Shown: positions 16,812 through 25,775 of the stretch, in pieces | How the letters are laid out: the number at the start of each line of letters is the position of its first letter | How positions within the stretch are numbered: position 1 is the first letter of the stretch | Made by a program: the position numbers and the translations under genes | Notes under the pieces: model-generated | Seen by the model: only the letters and a program-made list of their open reading frames with translations | The model's database searches: none | Told to the model about the DNA's origin: nothing | Source: an uncultured Bacilli bacterium | GTDB lineage: Bacteria > Bacillota_I > Bacilli_A > RFN20 > CAG-826 | Direction: 5' to 3' | Length of the DNA stretch: 64,000 bases | NCBI GenBank assembly: GCA_944375905.1 | Contig: CALWAS010000001.1 | Span: 1,540-65,539, forward strand

Positions 16812-18674
16812 CTAGGCACTGATTTCTTTCTTTGCAAAGCTGCCGATGTAATCTCTTAGAGCATCGTCCTCCGCATAGACATAGCAGCTTTTCTGCCCTC
16901 TCGTCAAAAGCACCTTGTAGGTATCGCGGATGATCTTGTCGGCAATTGATTTGTCGGGCATTTTCTTTAATCCCCGAAGCGACTGATCCGTCTTCGCTCT
17001 TTTGGTGTAGTCGGCCATCACCTTGCCATCGCGATAGACTAGGTCCTTGCCGATGATGACCCCGACATGATCGAATTCAAGTCCTTGGGACGTATGGATG
17101 CAGCCGATTTGGTCGAAACTATCCGGATCGATGGCCCAAGTCGAAGTCGAATTGAAATTCCATTGGGCCTTGAATGATCCGATTTCGATGTCGAAAAGCA
17201 AAGGGTTGCCCTTCGAAACCCAGTCATAGCAATATCCGGCCAGCATCCTGGCTTTGTTATCGGCGTTGAGTTTTCGAAGGTCCTCCATCATCTTGCCGGG
17301 ATCGTCATAGACTCTGAAATCGAAATTAAGCCCCTCGAGATTTGGGTGGGCGGTTTCCCTGATGCCAAGAAGGGAATCTATGAAGGCAAGGTAAGCATCG
17401 CTTCCATTGCAGCGGAATTGGCTCGAAAGGGCGAAGTCGGGTCCGCTATAGAGGAGCGACCCTTCCTTATTGGCCCACTTCGCCACTTCCTCGGACGACC
17501 CAATATCCTTGAGAGTCACAATCTGGTCCTCGTCGAGGAAGAAAACATTCACGAACGAGGCATCGATTATTTCCTTTATCTGATTTTCGCCCTTGTTTTG
17601 GAATATCCCGCTTTTGGCATTGAGACGATGTGCCTCGTCGCAAATGAGGAAGTCAAACTCGTTTTTCCGGCTGCTGACAAAACTGCCGGACCCAAGGAAA
17701 AGATTCTTTAGATACCCGTTTCTGCCTTTCTCGAGCCTGAATTTTTCAAAGTAGACATTGCGGGGCGCGGCATTCTTCGTTACGTAGGCCGAAGTAAGTC
17801 CCCGGTGTATGGCCTCGCTAAGGAGGTTAACCGCCAACACCGATTTGCCGGTGCCCGGGCCGCCCTTCACGAGGATCGTCCTCTTTCGATGGTCTTTTTG
17901 CGATTCCTCGACGAGGCCGAGTATTCTTTCGAAAGCCACCTTCTGGTCATCGAGGAGGACGAACTCTTCGTTTCCCTTGAGAATCGAGACAATCGCGTCC
18001 TGAAGCGTTTTCGAAGGCTTTATCCGGCCGTGGTCGATGGCATAGATGGCTTTCCCTTGATCGCTCGTCTTGACGTATCTTGAAATGAAATCGGCGAGCT
18101 TCAGGCGGTCTTCCTTAAGGAAAAGAGGCGCCTCGAAAATCGATTCGCTATAAAGGGGCCCATCGATTTTCCGACGTCGCGAAGCCGGAAAATTATGGAG
18201 AAACGCGCAGGGCCTAAGCTGAATTTCCTTCTTTTCGAAGCTCTCGTTGAAATTCTCGATCGTCTCGGCATAGCTGCGGGCTTGATAGCAAGGATGGGCG
18301 ACGTTTCTCCTGTTTCCGCCAACGAAGGTATTGACCAAATCCGGGTAAGCGGTAGGTTCCGCGTCCTCCCACTGCTTCAGTTCGACTATGACAACGTTTT
18401 CATGTCCCGACTCGTCGAAGCCGGAAACGAGGAAGTCGATCCTTTTCGCCGTCAGCGGGATTTGAAGCTCTATTGAAACCCGTATGTCGTCAGGCAGACG
18501 TGAAAGCTCGAGGACATTGTCCATTATCGGAAGGGAATTGTTCCAAGCCCGATACTCGCCGGTAGATCCTCCAGAAAGGTGAAATTCGCGAAAGACGGTT
18601 TCCAGCCGATCGGTAAGCACGCCGTATATCACGTCGCTATGGAATTGCGCCTTGGTGTTTTCGTAAACGATCAT
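16812..18674 (-). CDS. PD-(D/E)xK nuclease + DUF2075 SF1 helicase fusion (Schlafen-helicase-like; Nhi-like architecture)
   Basis: The N-terminus MIVYENTKAQFHSDV is typical of DUF2075. The nuclease-like motif is RIDFLVSGF...VVIVELKQW. Walker A is GGPGTGKS, Walker B is FLICDEAHRL, and the C-terminal motif is IHTSQGLEFDHVGVI...LLTRGQKSCYVY. I chose ATG 18674 over the upstream TTG at 18698 used by the track. Confidence 0.8.
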   Translation of the reverse strand: MIVYENTKAQFHSDVIYGVLTDRLETVFREFHLSGGSTGEYRAWNNSLPIMDNVLELSRLPDDIRVSIELQIPLTAKRIDFLVSGFDESGHENVVIVELKQWEDAEPTAYPDLVNTFVGGNRRNVAHPCYQARSYAETIENFNESFEKKEIQLRPCAFLHNFPASRRRKIDGPLYSESIFEAPLFLKEDRLKLADFISRYVKTSDQGKAIYAIDHGRIKPSKTLQDAIVSILKGNEEFVLLDDQKVAFERILGLVEESQKDHRKRTILVKGGPGTGKSVLAVNLLSEAIHRGLTSAYVTKNAAPRNVYFEKFRLEKGRNGYLKNLFLGSGSFVSSRKNEFDFLICDEAHRLNAKSGIFQNKGENQIKEIIDASFVNVFFLDEDQIVTLKDIGSSEEVAKWANKEGSLLYSGPDFALSSQFRCNGSDAYLAFIDSLLGIRETAHPNLEGLNFDFRVYDDPGKMMEDLRKLNADNKARMLAGYCYDWVSKGNPLLFDIEIGSFKAQWNFNSTSTWAIDPDSFDQIGCIHTSQGLEFDHVGVIIGKDLVYRDGKVMADYTKRAKTDQSLRGLKKMPDKSIADKIIRDTYKVLLTRGQKSCYVYAEDDALRDYIGSFAKKEISA

Positions 18675-18855
18675 CTGCGTTTCTCTGCCTTCGAGCAATT
18701 ATACGTAAAGAAAACGGCCATGGGTCTTTCAGATGGCTGATGACCGTTGAAGAAAATACCGATGTTACGAAATGAGACTGATTCCCTGCTAACCGTCAAA
18801 ACGCGAACATTGCGCCTGGACAAATTGATTTTCGAAGAAGAAATGATTTTCCGAA

Positions 18856-21756
18856 TCAATATCCTAGTTCGTAGCCGTAAATCAGATTGTCGCTATAAGA
18901 ACTACCATAGATATAGGCAAATTCGCTTTCATATCCGTCTGGCTTCGAAGTTACTTCCAGGTAGATTCTTGAATCCGCTTGGCTCAAGTAGAAGCTGTGA
19001 TACTCGATGGTCGCAACCGAATCGGGAACGAATATCGAGTACGGAAGGGACGAGCTTTCGCTGTCGTAAAGGAATCCTTCGCCGATGGAATCGACCGTCT
19101 TGCCGCCGATCTGCCGCGGCAGCATTATTTCCGTCTTGCTTCCATAGTAGGCCAGCAGCTTGCCATTTTGATAGACGATTCCGCTATCATCGTCCAAACC
19201 CGAGCCGACTAATGAATGGCCGTAGGTAACGTAATTCGTCGAGTAAAGGTAAATCGGCCCATCCGTCCATCCGTCCCTAAGGGCGCTTCCTTCGTAGTAG
19301 AGATGGCATGATGAATTGATGGTAAATGCGTTGTTGCCGATTTTTTCTATGCTGGACGGAAGATAGACCGACGTGTACCAAATATGATCGGTGGCGAAGT
19401 CGCGATAGATTTCGTTTACCACATTTCCGTCTATTTCGGAAGGAACGTAGAGGGCCCGCGATTTCGGCTCATCCACGGAAATGAGGATAATGCTCCCATC
19501 TGACTTAATGGCGTAATCGAAGATTAAATAACGGCCGAATGATTCAATGTCATAGCCGTAATTGACTTGGCCCGACCCATCAAACCAATTCGTGTCCCAA
19601 TCGTCCGGTTTGGAAGCAGCCGCCGCGAAGACATTGCCTCGGCAGTAAATTGCATCGGCGTTCATGTCGGCCATCGAGGAAGGTATTGAAAGCATTTCGA
19701 CATTCGAAGCTTTGATTCCGTTGGCCTCGATCTTCTTGATTCCATTCTCGATTCTCAACGCTTTGATTTCCGACCACGCGAAGAAAGAATACTTGCCAAT
19801 GGTCGAAACGAGCCTTGTTCCAACCGAAGAAGGAATTACCGGTTCGGTTTCTCCGTTTCCAAGGAAACTAATCAATTTCAAGGACAAGCCATCGCTCAGG
19901 AAATAGGAGTTCGATTCGTCATCGTAGACGAGGTCGGATTCCGATATTCCAACGAGCGGGGCCAGAATTTCCTCGGCTTCTTCCTGAGAATAATCGGAAT
20001 TAATCTGCGGTAGAGAATCGCCGGCAAAAGTCGTTTGGTAAAAAGATAGCTCCGTAGGGAAATACATTTCCATAGTTGACGGCAAGTGAATGAAAACCCG
20101 CTCGGCAAATAGAGAATAGAGTTCGGTCTTTTTTACGCCTTCCGGAACGAAGACGCTATTGTAACGGCGTCCCCCGTTCGCATAGGAATCGTCAAGCTCG
20201 ATAGCCGGCGATACGCTGCCGAAGCCACGCCCAACTACCGAAACGTCCTTCCCTCCGATGCTTGCGGGAATCCGAACGTTTCCATGAACGCTTTCCGGCG
20301 CCTGGTAAACAATAAGGCCGCCGTCTTCGGAATCGGAAACGATGTAGCCGTCCGCCTTGTAACAGCCGTAGGCAACGTAATGCTCGTCATCGCCTGTAAC
20401 ATGGTCGAACGTATCTTTCTTGGAAGCGGCCTCAATATAAACGAAGTTATCCCCAAAAGCGTAACTGCCTATTTCCTCGACTTCATCGTCAAGGTAGTAG
20501 TAAAGCATCGTCGATGAACGTAGGCAGCTTGCGCCGAATCGCTTTACGTTTTCATAGTTTATCGATGTTATCTCATCATATTGGAAAGCGTAATCACCGA
20601 TTTTCTCGATGCTAGGTGAGAGCTCTATCTCGACAATGGCCGTGTTTTGGAATGCATATGCCGGTATTTCTTCAAGCTCGCATTCATTGAAATCGACTCT
20701 CGAGAGACCTGAGCAGCCGCTGAAGACCCTTTCTTCCAAGTAAATGGTATTCTTCGATAGCGACACGGATCGAATCTCGTCATTTTCTTCAAAAGCCTCT
20801 CTATAAATCCCGATGACGGGAACTAGTCCGACATAGTTCGGGATCACGACGTCCACATCGCTTCCCCGATAACCGGATACGACCATGCCTGCCGTCCCGT
20901 TCACGCTAGTCACCACAAAATCAAGGCCGTCGCTTATGGGGTCGCGTCCATCGGCGGTCGGATCGGCCAGCACCCCGGTGTCGTTTTCCCCGATCCACCA
21001 GTTGCCGTTCTCCCCGATGTATGGCGTCTGCCCGTCTTCGGGAATGGGCAATCTGAATTCGTAGCATGAGCCATCGGAAAGTCTTACTTCATAGACGTAT
21101 TCGCCGTCTTGTTCTTTAAGGAAGGAAATGGATTCTATTTTAGTGGTTGATCCATTGGTTACTTCGAACGAAAAGGTCCCGCCGTCGCTAAAGGTCACTA
21201 CATATGTATCGACATCGCCGTCGCTTGAGACCTTTTTTATCGAAACGATGCCATTTCCGTCCTTGCCAGTTGCCGAGACGCCGGTGCTATTGCCGTTGAT
21301 TACCCAAATGCCATCTTCATTTATCTCAATGGTGGGCGTTTTCCCGTTTTCTCCCGGGTTGCCGGTCGCCGAGACGCCGGTATCGACGCCGTCGATCCAC
21401 CAGTTGCCGTTATCGCCTATCTCGATTGTCGGGGTCTTGCCGGGTTCGCCTGGTTTTCCTTGGGAGCCGTCTTTTCCCGGCTCCCCGGTGGCAGAGACGC
21501 CGGTATCGACGCCGTCGATCCACCAGTTGCCGTTATCCCCTATTTCGATTGTCGGGGTCTTGCCATCCTCTCCGGGTTTGCCGTCAGAGCCGTCTTTTCC
21601 CGGCTCGCCGGTAGCCGAATGGCCGGTATCGCTGCCGTTGACCCACCAATTGCCATTTTCGCCAATGTAAGGCTCATTGGTCGATTGCGCAGGCGAGCAA
21701 GAGGCAAGGCCTAGGGCAAAGACACTTGCTAGGAGAAAAATAACGGGTTTCTTCAT
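18856..21756 (-). CDS. surface lipoprotein with collagen-like/GNWW tandem repeats and BspA-type leucine-rich repeats
   Basis: MKKPVIFLLASVFALGLASC carries a lipobox, and SD AAGGTGGA precedes ATG 21756. Repeats have the form GEPGKDGSxGKPGExGKTPTIEIGDNGNWWIDGVDTGVSAT. Recurrent LRR_5-like motifs follow (IGDYAFQ, IGSYAFG, IGKYSFF, IGNNAF, IEYHSFY). Confidence 0.8.
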   Translation of the reverse strand: MKKPVIFLLASVFALGLASCSPAQSTNEPYIGENGNWWVNGSDTGHSATGEPGKDGSDGKPGEDGKTPTIEIGDNGNWWIDGVDTGVSATGEPGKDGSQGKPGEPGKTPTIEIGDNGNWWIDGVDTGVSATGNPGENGKTPTIEINEDGIWVINGNSTGVSATGKDGNGIVSIKKVSSDGDVDTYVVTFSDGGTFSFEVTNGSTTKIESISFLKEQDGEYVYEVRLSDGSCYEFRLPIPEDGQTPYIGENGNWWIGENDTGVLADPTADGRDPISDGLDFVVTSVNGTAGMVVSGYRGSDVDVVIPNYVGLVPVIGIYREAFEENDEIRSVSLSKNTIYLEERVFSGCSGLSRVDFNECELEEIPAYAFQNTAIVEIELSPSIEKIGDYAFQYDEITSINYENVKRFGASCLRSSTMLYYYLDDEVEEIGSYAFGDNFVYIEAASKKDTFDHVTGDDEHYVAYGCYKADGYIVSDSEDGGLIVYQAPESVHGNVRIPASIGGKDVSVVGRGFGSVSPAIELDDSYANGGRRYNSVFVPEGVKKTELYSLFAERVFIHLPSTMEMYFPTELSFYQTTFAGDSLPQINSDYSQEEAEEILAPLVGISESDLVYDDESNSYFLSDGLSLKLISFLGNGETEPVIPSSVGTRLVSTIGKYSFFAWSEIKALRIENGIKKIEANGIKASNVEMLSIPSSMADMNADAIYCRGNVFAAAASKPDDWDTNWFDGSGQVNYGYDIESFGRYLIFDYAIKSDGSIILISVDEPKSRALYVPSEIDGNVVNEIYRDFATDHIWYTSVYLPSSIEKIGNNAFTINSSCHLYYEGSALRDGWTDGPIYLYSTNYVTYGHSLVGSGLDDDSGIVYQNGKLLAYYGSKTEIMLPRQIGGKTVDSIGEGFLYDSESSSLPYSIFVPDSVATIEYHSFYLSQADSRIYLEVTSKPDGYESEFAYIYGSSYSDNLIYGYELGY
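21265..21666 (-). repeat. in-frame tandem repeat (123 bp unit, two near-identical full copies plus diverged flanking copies) in the lipoprotein gene
   Basis: The DNA segment gagacgccggtatcgacgccgtcgatccaccagttgccgttatc recurs at 21371 and 21494, an offset of 123 bp (41 aa). Confidence 0.85.
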
Positions 21757-21781
21757 TCTTAAATCCACCTTAACTTTCTTA

Positions 21782-21809
21782 ATGATAATACCGGTGTCTT
21801 CCCTTTCAA
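21782..21809 (-). promoter_or_regulatory. candidate sigma-70 promoter of the LRR lipoprotein gene
   Basis: On the minus strand: TTGAAA, 16 nt spacer, TATCAT. It ends about 25 nt upstream of the ATG. Confidence 0.4.
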
Positions 21810-22192
21810 CCTCGCATTTGCGGCTTTATGGGAACAGATTGTTCCTATTCCGAACACTGAAGTTGGATTGCAAGATTAATCGCCTCGGAGTTTAAAAATC
21901 CATACGGGATCATGGAACGCGGCAAAGTTTTTCATTTGCAGTCGTCAAAACGATTTTTGCATCCATGAATATCCGTCTTGAATCTAATTAGGCGGCGGAA
22001 AATCAGCAGACTTAGATTTTCGAACATAATTCGATGTCTTCAATGATTCTCGCGATGGTTGGGCGTTTATTCTAGACGATGGCTCCAGTCGTTCCTTTAT
22101 TGGAATATCAGATGCTTTTACGCGTGTTTTTTACGCAAGCTTCCCTCGTATCATCAGAATTCCCTTAGATAAGCCGAAAGCCGACGCTGAGG

Positions 22193-23197
22193 CTACTTGT
22201 CGTACCTGGTCGACGCTCGCTCATTGAGACGCGGAAAGGCAATATAGGTCTCGACCACCTGCTCGGGATGGCGAATCTGCTCGACGATGGCCCGCCCGGC
22301 CGAAAGCCCGAGCGAATGGACATCGATCGAGACGCTCGAAAGCTTCGGCTTCGTATATAGGGCCAATGGGTAGTCGTCGAAGGTGATGATCGATATCTCG
22401 CTAGGAACCTTCATCTTCGCGTCCTGGACCGCCCGCAGGGCCCCGAGGGCCAGGAAGTTGTTGGCCGCGACGATCGCGTCGTATTTTCTTTGGGAAAGGG
22501 CCTTCCTTACTGCCTTCTCGGCCTGGATGGCGACCGGTTCGAGCGAAAGGATGTCGCCTTCGTCCAGCCCGATTCCCTTCTTTTCGAGGACCCTTCTCAC
22601 CCCGAGGAGGCGGGAGCAGGAAATGTTGTCGGCCACTTCCCCGCCGACGAAAAGGAAGCTCCGCCGGCCATGGGAAAGAAGACAATTCGCCGCGACCTCG
22701 CCGCAGACCTCGTTGTTGTTGTCGATCCAGGAAAGGGAGCACTTTTCCTTCGGTTCCCCGATGAGGAGCGTCGGAAGCGCATACTCGCGGACGATGCCCA
22801 ATAGTTCGTCCGACACCTCGATTCCATGGACGACGAGCCCGTCCATTTCCTTCTGGGAAGCCATCTTTCGGAGGGGAGTGAGATCGCCGCGCTCGACCTG
22901 GAGGAAATAGACCCGGTACTTGTAGCGCATGAGGCTATGCTCGATCCCGGAGAGGATCGCGAACTTGTGCGGGTCCTCGAAAAGAGTCTCGTAGGAAGTG
23001 AGGAAAACGACCGAGGAGGTCTTCCCGGTAGCGAGGCTTTTGGCCTTCCGGTCGGGAACGAAGCGGAGCTTCTTCATCGCCCGTTCGACCTTTTCCCGCA
23101 CCTCCGGGGAGACGCTAGGAAAGGAGTTGACGACCCGGGAGACGCTCGCGGTCGAGACCCCCGCTTCCTTTGCGACGTCGTTGATGGTTGCCGACAT
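22193..23197 (-). CDS. LacI-family transcriptional regulator (maltodextrin locus)
   Basis: N-terminal HTH ATINDVAKEAGVSTASVSRVVN followed by a periplasmic-binding-fold body. It is the last gene of the sugar operon. Confidence 0.9.
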   Translation of the reverse strand: MSATINDVAKEAGVSTASVSRVVNSFPSVSPEVREKVERAMKKLRFVPDRKAKSLATGKTSSVVFLTSYETLFEDPHKFAILSGIEHSLMRYKYRVYFLQVERGDLTPLRKMASQKEMDGLVVHGIEVSDELLGIVREYALPTLLIGEPKEKCSLSWIDNNNEVCGEVAANCLLSHGRRSFLFVGGEVADNISCSRLLGVRRVLEKKGIGLDEGDILSLEPVAIQAEKAVRKALSQRKYDAIVAANNFLALGALRAVQDAKMKVPSEISIITFDDYPLALYTKPKLSSVSIDVHSLGLSAGRAIVEQIRHPEQVVETYIAFPRLNERASTRYDK

Positions 23198-23206
23198 GGT
23201 TACATT

Positions 23207-24883
23207 CTACGGCTCGATAAGCAAATAGCCGAGAGGGGCAAGCCTCCCCCCGCCATAGCCCTTCATGAGCGCCTTTCTCCCCTCGATGGGGTCGATGGGC
23301 CGTTCCTGACTTGAGGCATTCACGTAAACGGCCAAAGAATCGCCCTCCATTTCCCGCTTGAAGGCGAATAGGCCCCCGTCTTCCTTGTGCAAGAGGACGA
23401 AGCGCCCTTTTCTGATGGACGGATGGGCTTTCCTCAAAGCCGAAAGGGAACGTAGAAGCTCCTTGAAGCACGGCTCCCCTTCCCACTCCATCGCCCGTCG
23501 GTATTCGTCTTCCCTAAGCCCGGTGAAGCCCCGCTCGTCCCCATAGAGGAGATTGATCGGTCCCGGATAGGCAAACTGGAGAAGGAAGGCGAGTTCCATC
23601 CGTTCGCGGCTGTTACCGAGGACCGTCAATAGCCGCGGCACGTCGTGGGTGGATAGAAGCGAGAGCATCCCGCCTAGATAAGGGGACGGGATCCGGTTGA
23701 AAAGATAGGCGGTCGCCTCGTAGAAGGCGTTGCTCGTCCCGCCTAGGAGGAAGGCGATGAGGGAACGCCGGAAGTCGTAATCCATCGCCCCGTCGAATCC
23801 CTCCTCGAGGAGCATCGGGCGGGGATTTTGCCAGGTTTCGGCGATCATCGCCGCCTCCGGGTTGATCTTCTTCATCTCTTCTTCGAAGAACCGCCAGAAG
23901 GCGGGCGAGCATTCGTCCGCCGTATCCATCCGGAAGCCGTCTATCCCTTCTTCACCCACCCATTTCCGGAGAACCTTGAGGAAATACGCGCGGACGGGCG
24001 GGGAATCGAGGTCGAGCTTCGGCATGTGGGCCTCGTAGCCGAAGGTGGCGTAAGAAGGCCGTTCCCCCTTTTTCGGCGGATAGGAAATAGGGAAGGAAAG
24101 CTCATAGAACCAATCGCGGCAAGAAGAGGCTTCTTGCTTTTCGAGCACGTCGAGGAAAGCGAAGAAAGAAGGACCGCAGTGGTTGAAGACGCCGTCGAGA
24201 ATGACGTGCATCCCCCGCCGGTGCGCTTCCTTGACGAGGAGGCGGAAATCGTCCTCGCTCCCGAAGGAGGGGTCGATCGAAAGATAGTCCTCGGTGTCGT
24301 AGCGATGGTAGCTCGTCGCCTTGAAGATCGGGTTGAGGTAAAGGGCGTTGCAGCCGAGGGAAAGGATGTAGTCGAGGCTTTTGGCGATTGCCTTGAGGCT
24401 TCCCCCGTGATGGGCCCCGCGTAAGAGGGAAGGCTCGACCCCATCGGCGATGAAGCTATCGGGGAAGATATTGTAGAAAACGGCTTCCGAAAGCCATTTC
24501 GGCGGAACCTCGAAAGGGGAACGGAAGCGATACGGGTACTTGAAAAGGTCGTTCCTTTCCTCGGAGAGGGCGGAATGGAAACCCTCGCCATAGTAATAGA
24601 CGATGCGGCCGTCCATCGAATGGATCTCGAAGGCGTAGACGATGCGGACGCAGGAAGTCATGACGTCGGCCTCGAAGTAGTCGTAGAGGGAGGTGGCGAA
24701 GCTTCTTTCCATCTTCGCCCGTTCCATCCTTACCTTGGGCGCGGGATAGGCCGTGTCCCCGTAAAGGAGGAAGACCTCCGCGAGGTCGCCGCTTCGGGCT
24801 CGGAGGCGGAAGACGAAGCGTCCCTCCTCGGGGCTGAAGGCCATCTCGCTACGCGAACGGTGGATGATCGAGCTCAAGTCCAT
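23207..24883 (-). CDS. GH13 alpha-amylase-family enzyme, intracellular (neopullulanase/maltogenic amylase-like)
   Basis: Conserved GH13 regions VILDGVFNHCG, GIDGFRMDTADE, AETW and LLSTHDVPR. No signal peptide. SD AAGGAG lies within the upstream gene's stop region. Confidence 0.85.
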   Translation of the reverse strand: MDLSSIIHRSRSEMAFSPEEGRFVFRLRARSGDLAEVFLLYGDTAYPAPKVRMERAKMERSFATSLYDYFEADVMTSCVRIVYAFEIHSMDGRIVYYYGEGFHSALSEERNDLFKYPYRFRSPFEVPPKWLSEAVFYNIFPDSFIADGVEPSLLRGAHHGGSLKAIAKSLDYILSLGCNALYLNPIFKATSYHRYDTEDYLSIDPSFGSEDDFRLLVKEAHRRGMHVILDGVFNHCGPSFFAFLDVLEKQEASSCRDWFYELSFPISYPPKKGERPSYATFGYEAHMPKLDLDSPPVRAYFLKVLRKWVGEEGIDGFRMDTADECSPAFWRFFEEEMKKINPEAAMIAETWQNPRPMLLEEGFDGAMDYDFRRSLIAFLLGGTSNAFYEATAYLFNRIPSPYLGGMLSLLSTHDVPRLLTVLGNSRERMELAFLLQFAYPGPINLLYGDERGFTGLREDEYRRAMEWEGEPCFKELLRSLSALRKAHPSIRKGRFVLLHKEDGGLFAFKREMEGDSLAVYVNASSQERPIDPIEGRKALMKGYGGGRLAPLGYLLIEP

Positions 24884-24887
24884 ATGC

Positions 24888-25775
24888 CTACTCCTTTACC
24901 CCACCCGCCGATAGCCCGCTTACCATGTGGCGCTGGGCCAGCATGAAGACGAGGAGAATCGGGGCGCTAACGACAAGCGAGGCGGCGAAGAAGACCGGCC
25001 AGCTGCCGGTCGATTCCTGGGCCTGGAGGCCATAGAGGCCGCTCGCCAAGGTGTAGAAATCGGGGTTCGAGATGAAGGTGACCGCGAAGATGTACTCGTT
25101 CCAGACGTAGATGAGGACCATGACCCCGGTCACGGCGAGGGCCGGGCGGGCCAAGGGAAGGAGGATCTTCATGATGACCCCGAAGGTCGAGCAGCCATCC
25201 ATCCGGGCCGCTTCCTCGATTTCATAGGGAATGGTGTCGAAATAGCCCTTGAGGTTGTAGAGCCCGAAGATGGCCATCGTCCCGACGTAGACGAGAAGGA
25301 GACCCCCGATGCTATTCGAAAGGCCGAGTTCCCGGACGAGGGTATAGACCGAATAGAGCGAGAGGACGCTCGGGAAGGCGTTAAGGATGATGAGGAAGCG
25401 GATCGTCGCCCCTCTCATATGGAAGCGGAAGCGGGAAAAGGCATAGGCTGCCGGAATCGAGATGGCGAGGACGAGGACGACCGTCGAGACGGCGAGTAGC
25501 AACGTGTTCCCGAACCAGGTCAAGATGTCGTAGTCCTCGAAAAGGGAGATGTAGTTCTCGAGCGTCCACCGCTCGGGGAATAGCGACAAGGAGGAAGATA
25601 GAAGCGAATTGCTTTCGCCGAAGCTAATGCCGAAAGCGTAGATGATCGGCAGGAGCGTAAGGAAGGCGATGACGATGAAAAAGGCATTGAGAAAGACCGA
25701 TTTCGAAACCGTTTTCGCTTTTTCGATGGCCTTTCGGCGGGCGATTTCGCCTTCCCACGTCCTAGCGGCTGCCAT
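24888..25775 (-). CDS. ABC sugar permease (MalG-like)
   Basis: Multi-TM protein with the EAA loop EEAARMDGCSTFGVIMKILLPLARPAL. Start trimmed to MAAARTWEG (25775); the track start at 25904 would overlap the upstream permease by 140 bp. Confidence 0.8.
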   Translation of the reverse strand: MAAARTWEGEIARRKAIEKAKTVSKSVFLNAFFIVIAFLTLLPIIYAFGISFGESNSLLSSSLSLFPERWTLENYISLFEDYDILTWFGNTLLLAVSTVVLVLAISIPAAYAFSRFRFHMRGATIRFLIILNAFPSVLSLYSVYTLVRELGLSNSIGGLLLVYVGTMAIFGLYNLKGYFDTIPYEIEEAARMDGCSTFGVIMKILLPLARPALAVTGVMVLIYVWNEYIFAVTFISNPDFYTLASGLYGLQAQESTGSWPVFFAASLVVSAPILLVFMLAQRHMVSGLSAGGVKE

